Shown: positions 56,123 to 64,000 of the stretch, in pieces
Layout of the letters: the number at the start of each line of letters is the position of its first letter
Numbering within the stretch: position 1 is the first letter of the stretch
Origin: Tubiluchus corallicola
Taxonomy: Eukaryota > Animalia > Priapulida
Length of the DNA: 64,000 bases
Direction: 5' to 3'
Assembly: GCA_030141605.1 (NCBI GenBank)
Contig: JAQGDQ010000354.1
Location: forward strand, 62,001-126,000
Notes under the pieces: model-generated
Told to the model about the DNA's origin: nothing
Database searches by the model: none
The model's input: only the letters and a program-made list of their open reading frames with translations
Position numbers and translations under genes: made by a program

Positions 56123-57132
56123 TACTAATGCTTTTGCACGTTCTACTGAGCGTTAGAACTTAGTGTTACATTATACATAATTCTACTCCTTGTATAGAAC
56201 TATGCATAAATACTGACAATATCAAAGTTTTTTATCATAATAGGTCATATTTTGCATTGTATTTTACTGTTTTATTGTTGATTAGTTCTTTACCATTAAG
56301 TATAAAGAGTGAACACAAATTATATTTTATTTTAGATTTTTGAAAATCAAACGTTTCTAATTTGTGCAGATAAATCAGTGTTACAAACTGAATTATTGTT
56401 TGCCTAGTTTGTGTTGTTGTTGTTGTAGTTTGTTCAGTAAGACCTTTCTTATTATTGTAAGAGGCTTTAAATTTTATCTTTTATAAGTTTTTAGTGATTT
56501 TATATCAGAAGAATACAGTTATGTAGTATTTAACTCTCATTCCTTCTTGTTTTTTCCATTTCATTATTTTCTCTTTCGACTTTTTATTCAGTTTGCAGCT
56601 ACCTAGATTAACTAAACAAAATTTACCCATTATCAAAATGTCAAACTTGAATGTAATATCAAACGAACAAAGTAAAAACACAAAACAAACTTTCCTCAGT
56701 ATTGTAGCTTCGTTAGTCATAATAACGCTTTCCTACTTTTTATAACATTGCCAGCATTTGTTCCATCATTGTAAGCAGTTCATCGCGTTTGTGAAATTTA
56801 GTTCTGTAGGACAACACATTAAACCAGCAGAAGTGTCTGGGACTCATCCACGTGTCTACACCCCTGCTTCAATGTGACAAACAACCAGCCAGATCAAACT
56901 ACATAGAAACAATTTTCTTGACAACCACTCATCCAATTACTAAGTGGGCTTGGTGTTACTTAACTTGTCACTAATCACACACTGTGTCAGTTCATCTATT
57001 GTCTTTGACTTGACACATGAAAATTGATATTTTATGGGTCTGTGTTGTTTTGATGCATACTACATTTAAGAATTGAATGCTCTAGTATAAGTTCTGTAGT
57101 GTGTAATAATTTTTGCAAAATGTAATATTTTG

Positions 57133-57805
57133 CTCTCACATTATCTCATACATGGTCTCACATTATCTCACAAATGGTCGCACATTTTCTCACACGTGAT
57201 TTCACATTATCTCACAAATGGTCTCACTTTATTTCACACGTGGTCTCACATTATCTCACAAATGGTCTCAAATTATCTCACACGTGGTCACATTATCTCA
57301 CACGTGGTCTCACATTATCTTACACGTGGTCTCACATTATCTCACACATGGCCTCACATTATCTCACTCGCGATCTCGCACTATCTTACACGTGGTCTCA
57401 CTTTATCTTACACGTGGTCTCTCATTATCTCACGAATGGTCTCACATTATCTCACACGTGGTCTCACATTATCTCACACGTGGTCTGACATTATCTTACA
57501 CGTGGTCTCTCATTATCTCACGAATGGTCTCACATCTCACATGTGGTCTCACATTATCTCACACATGGTCTCACATTATCTCACACGTGGTCTCACATTA
57601 TCTCACACATTGTCTGACATTATCTTACACGTGGTCTCTCATTATCTCACGAATGGTCTCACATCTCATGTGGTCTCACACGTGGTCTCACATTATCTCA
57701 CACATGGTCTCACATTATCTCACACGTGGTCTCACATTATCTCACACGTGGTCTGACATTATCTTACACGTGGTCTCTCATTATCTCACGAATGGTCTTA
57801 CATTC
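57133..57805. repeat. 22-bp minisatellite (TGGTCTCACATTATCTCACACG)n, about 30 copies
   Basis: Direct tandem periodicity. Confidence 0.95.
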
Positions 57806-58357
57806 CAAGTTTTTCAATGATCAATCAGCTTTGAAAATTGTCACTTACTAAATCAATTTGTACACTTCCTGAAGATAGATCAAATACTTTGACCAAAGAA
57901 TTTACTCAGTCAATGCTTTTGACGTTAAAAAGCACAGAAATTTTTTCAATTGTGAGACTGTGAGACAACCTTTTTTATTGCGTCCAACTCAATGTAACAA
58001 CATGTAAAAATTCATGTACACTTTGTAAGTGCAAAAATCGCACAAAGTCAGTTGTTACAGCCACACGAAAATAGCTTACTGTAATTTGCTAGTGTAACTA
58101 AAATTATGTTTTATTATTTCTAAAGACATTATTCTGTATAATACGTGTAGATTAATAAGTGTAATTAATTACTAGAATAGCAGTCACAACAAACATATTA
58201 CACAAACCCGTAATAACGATACAAATGCTCAACACTCTATAACACAAGCTAATATAAGAAGCCTCTGTTTTATTAAGAAGCCTGTCTGTGCTTATGATTA
58301 ACATTAAAACAGTGACATTGTTACATCATAAAGTGAGTGAGCTACATGAGAAGTACT

Positions 58358-61300
58358 TTAGTAGTTTTGTATATTAATGCCAGCTCTTAGTTTCATGCAC
58401 TGCACCTCGTCAATGTAAATCGTGTTGGCTTTGACTTGAATGTCTCGTTCAAGGTTGAGTATGGTTGATTGAAGCTTTTTCAGTGTTGCTAACGCTTCTT
58501 CTCGTTTCTCAATCAATCTGTAAAAAACAACATGGTCAATCCTTCAGGACCGCACAACAACATGAGGACACACTGGTCAATCCTTCAGGACTGCACAACA
58601 ACATGTGGACACACTGGTTAATCCTTCAGGACTGCACAACAACATGTGGACACACTGGTTAATCCTTCAGGACTGCACAACAACATGAGGACACACTGGT
58701 TAATCCTTCAGGACCGCACAACAACATGAGGACACACTGGTTAATCCTTCAGGACCTCACAACAACATGAGGACATGCTGGTCAATCCTTCAGGACTGCA
58801 CAACAACATGAGGACACACTGGTTAATCCTTCAGGACTGCACGACAACATGTGGACACACTGGTTAATCCTTCAGGACCGCACAACAACATGAGGACACA
58901 CTGGTTAATCCTTCAGGACCGCACAACAACATGAGGACATGCTGGTCAATCCTTCAGGACTGCACAACAACATGAGGACACACTGGTTAATCCTTCAGGA
59001 CTGCACGACAACATGTGGACACACTGGTTAATCCTTCAGGACCGCACGACAACATGAGGACACACTGGTCAATCCTTCAGGACCGCACAACAACATGAGG
59101 ACACACTGGTCAATCCTTCAGGACTGCACAACAACATGAGGACACACTGGTTAATCCTTCAGGACCGCACAACAACATGAGGACTCACTGGTTAATCCTT
59201 CAGGACCGCACAACAACATGAGGACACACTGGTTAATCCTTCAGGACCGCACAACAACATGAGGACACACTGGTCAATCCTTCAGGACCGCACAACAACA
59301 TGAGGACACACTGGTTAATCCTTCAGGACCGCACAACAACATGAGGACACACTGGTTAATCCTTCAGGACCGCACAACAACATGAGGACACACTGGTCAA
59401 TCCTTCAGGACCGCACAACAACATGAGGACACACTGGTCAATCCTTCAGGACCACACAACAACATGAGGACACACTGGTTAATCCTTCAGGACTGCACAA
59501 CAACATGAGGACACACTGGTTAATCCTTCAGGACTGCACAACAACATGAGGACACACTGGTCAATCCTTCAGGACCGCACAACAACATGAGGACACACTG
59601 GTTAATCCTTCAGGACCGCACAACAACATGAGGACACACTGGTCAATCCTTCAGGACTGCACAACAACATGAGGACTCACTGGTCAATCCTTCAGGACCG
59701 CACAACAACATGAGGACACACTGGTCAATCCTTCAGGACTGCACAACAACATGAGGACACACTGGTCAATCCTTCAGGACTGCACAACAACATGAGGACA
59801 CACTGGTCAATCCTTCAGGACTGCACAACAACATGAGGACACGCTGGTCAATCCTTCAGGACCGCACAACAGCATGAGGACACACTGGTCAATCCTTCAG
59901 GACCGCACTATCCAAAATAGGTCTCTTACCTGAAAAACATGCCCTATTCAGGTAACTCAAATTAGTATATAGAGTAGCTTAGTCTGGTGTACACTTGCAT
60001 GATCGTACACACTATTTTGTAGATCGCCTGCTTGCTACAGCCCAAGCTGTGCACTGTTCTGCTGCTGTTCCAGGAATAATCAACCGATCAACCAAGAACA
60101 ATTTAAGGTCGACTCATTTTTTAACAAGAATGTCTCCTTTATTTAAAAATAGAGTAGACTTGAGGCCAAAGTGTGTCAGAGTGTCGTGTCTGGATAGTTG
60201 AAATTTTCTATATTAGCAGATTTCACACAAGTTATGCTGTACCTTGTTACAAAGCAAAAACTGCAGTTACTAAAAGCTTTTTTAAAATTTTCTCGTCATA
60301 AATTGATTTTTAATTTGTCTAAGGTAAGCAGATGCGTTTCATATATAATTTTGCATGAAAATCCATTTTGTGAGGAGTAGAAACCTACAAAAAATATCAA
60401 ATATAACGTAATCGCTGCTTAGTGAGAGCAGTTTTTCATGAACACATGCAAATTGCAGCAAATGCTTACGGTCCTGAAGGAGTTAAAAATAACCAAAGAT
60501 TCATAATAATACATTAAATCAATTACATACAGATACTACTGAATTCATTTATTTTCACATTTTTAAGACTTCTGTTTTTCTTTAAACAAAATCGACTAGA
60601 TTTTCTTATCTGAATGTATATCTACAAAAAACAGAAAATAAGAAATTTGTTTTGTGAGCTCTGTTGAGCAATTAAGCTGTGACTTGTAGATTGCTAAACA
60701 AACACCTTTTTTTCTGTATTGCACTGATTTAATCGTTTTTTGCAAATATCAGACATTTATCTAATAATCGGCCGACTAGAGAAATAAAAATCATTAAACG
60801 TTTTTCTAGCTTGGATTACAATGGTAAACCCATGTAATGTTTATTGGGGAGTGACATGGAATGGCAGCAGAGGAAATCTTTGCATTTACACGCACAACGC
60901 CTCATAAAAATGAGTTAATGTTCTTGACTGACATTCAATTTAATCAAGTTTCTATACTGAAATTAACAATTTATTTACATATTGCACAAACTCAAACATA
61001 AAAGACAGTGGGAAGAAAATGTAATTTTAAGATATATCCCAAAGAAAAATATCTCTATACAAGTTGTACATTTTTGTGTATGGACATTCATATGCTGAGG
61101 TTTGAGTGGTAGCCCCTCCACTCTTAGCAACCATGCTTTGAGAGACTCTGTGCCCATGGTGGGCCGCCCCCTTGTGCCAAATGGTATTACGAGATATTTG
61201 TACATCTCAGCGACTCCCAGCATCGGGACAGGAGTCTGGCTGATGTTCCACGTGGGATCTACAATCACTTTCGTAGCCTTTCGTCGGTATGCCTTGACTA

Positions 61301-63662
61301 GTCGCATGACTTTGCACTTTTTTGCGTTAAGTGCCATGCCCCTTTTTGGGAAGAGGCCTTGTCCATGCCATGCTTGGTGTTCGAGATCAAGACTAAGTCG
61401 TCGGCAAAACCAACTATGGCCACTTGTGTATGGACAACTGTGTGTCGGCACAGTTGCAGTAGTGCTAACGAAATTACAACTAATCACATTAAATAAACAT
61501 TCTTAATCCAATCATTATTTTTGGAACACAAATCGAAACTGGGAGCCTGTGATAGGAAAATTTCATTTGAACACGATATCGGTTCAAGGTGATTATATCT
61601 GCAACTCTTTCCAATTTCCCCAATTTTTTGCCCCACTTTCATCATTTTCCCTGACTTTTTGTCAAATTATTTTTTTCCCTGACTTTTTCACGACTTTCCT
61701 GCATAGCCTGTATTTTCAAGGATTTTCCCTGACCGTGGCAACTTGTTTAGACAGCGTTACTGCTAATGCAAACTCTGTATGCAATAACGTAAGTCATATA
61801 AAATTAAGACAAATTTCTTTAGTATTATTTATGAAGAGCGTTTTCTTGCGCTTCAAAGACACCTAGTTCCGGCATTTTCTGGATGCATTTTTAAGAATTT
61901 TCCTAATAAAAGTTTAAACACACATTTGTCCATTGTCCGACAGATACGACACTCGTGTAATGTGAAACATGTACTAACTGTAGGTGCTTTATAGGTATTT
62001 TAAAGATACAATGTACTAAAATATTTTTGATAAGAAAACCACAATTGCGTTGGAACAGAAGTGACCAAATTTCCCAAATACTTACGCTAGCATCGATAAC
62101 TGCAGTTGCTTTTGTTCGGCTATCAGTTTTGCCTCAACAAGATCATGACAGAGTTCAACGTTCGGCCGGAAAGTTCGTTTGGCTGACCGTGTCTCGGCTA
62201 AACGTAGCGGTCCTTCTTTGTCTTCTATAGCCTTTTCTAATTTGCCAATGCTGAACTCAATGTCACTAAGTCGAGCTTTTGCCTTCAAAATGATATGTTA
62301 CATATAAATATTAAGAGTCAAGAGGAAATTTGCTGCTTTAATTCAGTTGAGAACAATATTCCAGATTTTTCAGGAAACTGAAAATTTATGAAGTTGGCAA
62401 GTAGACAATGGCTTCTTTCCTTGAATGGTATAGTTACTAATAGCACACATCTTAGCTCTATTATTAATTTAAAGTATACAATATTTACTATAGTCAAAAC
62501 TATAAGAGATGAGATTAGTTTGCAGGAGACTAATTTTTAAACTGTAGGGTAGCTCATAATTTTTTGCTGGTGAGTAATACCAAAGCAACAGACATTGTGG
62601 TGGGTGAAACCACCCGCTAGCATTCCCCCATCCATTCACTAACCAGGCTAGCATTGCTTAAATTCTGTCATTAAACGTACACTGTAACCACTTGACCTGC
62701 CATATGTCCTGATGACTGGTAATCAAGCTTACCTGACTTAGATGATCCTCTAGTTTACTCTTTGCATCCTTGGTTTCATCAATCCGCTGCCGGAATGCTG
62801 TGTTCACTGACTCACTCTGATTAAGCATATCTGATGCTGAGCAGAACCAGAATCACGTTATTTCGCACACATGAACAGTAACAGTACTACATCAAGATAC
62901 AGCAAAATACCAAATGCAAGGCCAACATACGACCATACAGTCCTGTACATGTTGCCAATAGAGAAGAAGCAAACTTATTTACAAAATTACCGTGACACCA
63001 ATTGGTCAGAATGGACAATTTGGATTAACGTGCGCACAGCAGTAGCATCAGTTATCGGGTTTATGAGATTTTTAAATCGAATCTTAGAAAAACTTGGCTA
63101 ACTATATTTCGTACATAGAATGTAATTAGTTAACAAGTTTACGCCATTCACTTTGGGCTAGGAGGTATACACAGAACTACCACCTCTCAAACATAGGCAT
63201 GTGTCACACACACAAGTTTCGGTTCTCACACATTCTGCAACTTCACATGCACATTTCCAATTCACATGGCTTCATTTGCCATCAGTACCAACACAATTAG
63301 CAATACAACTCTCCATAGTAAAAAAACTTTCATGAGTCTCACAATGCAGTAAAAAGTATTGCAATTATTGAAAATTCAGCACTTGCACGCTGGGGCATAA
63401 TTTGCCCCCTCCCCAACCCAGATCTCTGCAAGTAACGAGATGATCCCTGAGCTTTCTACCTATCACACTCATTTTTACATCGAATGGTTTTCAGGTCTGT
63501 ATACAATTGTAACTAACTTAGCAAAGAGGTTAGAATTAGATACCCGTCTGTCTCAGGATGCTGTCGACAAGAAGCCGTAGGTTCAAAGCACTGTTGTTCT
63601 GTTTTTCAGCTTTTGCAACATTTATTTTACTCAGCTCTTCCCAAGTTAATGGATCTGTGGCC
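58358..63662 (-). CDS. TEKT1: Tektin-1-like (tektin C class), last four exons: 63662-63544, 62836-62733, 62282-62086, 58517-58358
   Basis: Tektin nonapeptide RPNVELCHD; LVDSILRQTASDM..AFRQRIDETKDAKSKLEDHL; DIQVKANTIYIDEVQCMKLR; phases compatible; paralog assignment from memory of TEKT1. Confidence 0.88.
58533..59908. repeat. 41-bp minisatellite (TGGTYAATCCTTCAGGACYGCACAACAACATGAGGACACAC)n, about 33 copies, in the last tektin intron
   Basis: Period 41 (CCTTCAGG at 58541, 58582...). Confidence 0.96.
59889..60486. mobile_element. piggyBac-type MITE family P, inverted copy
   Basis: 60360-60486 is the reverse complement of about 27200-27330; left end TCAA-TCCTTCAGGACCGCAC. Confidence 0.75.
61085..61440 (-). 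mobile_element. Frameshifted reverse transcriptase fragment of an R2/NeSL-like non-LTR element
   Basis: IVGFADDLVL in one frame, then GMALNAKKC..YKYLVIPF..LPLKPQ in another. Confidence 0.7.
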
Positions 63663-64000
63663 CTGAAATAGTGTAAATCTAGTGTTGATGTACCTAAGGT
63701 ATCAGCAGCGAAATGGTTTTAGTACTTGTAACAGTAATACAGTATCCAGAAATGTGAGCTTTTGCAACTAGTTTGTACAAACATTTATCACTGCATGCTG
63801 TTTAGCATTTAACGAAAATTGTTCACTACAAATCAGGCATGTGGATTTGGAGTCGGCAGTAAATTTGCTGCTAAAGGAGTCGGAGTTGTTAAAACTTGGG
63901 CTTTTGGAGATGGAGTTGGGACTCTGGAGTACACATATTGTTAGAGGAGTTAGTAAAAAATGGACAAACTCAGACTCCAGTTACTTTAAACTTATACAAA

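Noticed and set aside
57130-57820. His/Ser-rich ORFs (also 4384-4764 and 3-185)
   Set aside because: Translations of minisatellite and microsatellite DNA.
47062-59908. Regular arrays (65, 22 and 41 bp; also the 90-bp array) as CRISPR
   Set aside because: No unique spacers, no cas genes, eukaryotic context.

Overview
AT-rich genomic window from an invertebrate metazoan. It is intron-rich and spliceosomal, with no prokaryotic features. Five host genes can be reconstructed from splice signals. (1) The 3' six exons of NADPH-cytochrome P450 reductase (POR, +). (2) A complete 11-exon UFD1 (+) with a GT-AG U12-type intron. (3) A completely intronless SMC3 (-, 1205 aa). (4) A 12-exon FBXO21-like gene (+), head-to-head with SMC3. 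(5) The last four exons of a tektin-1-like gene (-). Introns are packed with MITEs (hAT-, Mutator-, Tc1/mariner- and TTAA-type), a 5S rRNA-derived SINE (3 copies), tRNA/Meta-like SINEs, a solo LTR, CR1 3' hairpins, Penelope and R2-like fragments, and several minisatellites. The most unusual feature is a 65-bp array in FBXO21 intron 6 built from the splice acceptor plus the first 15 codons of exon 7. It gives 18 tandem identical acceptors whose common variants are synonymous in the exon frame. Two other arrays also abut exon boundaries or exon-derived copies (POR, tektin), and two arrays appear to derive from MITE sequence. All calls are by eye, without database searches.
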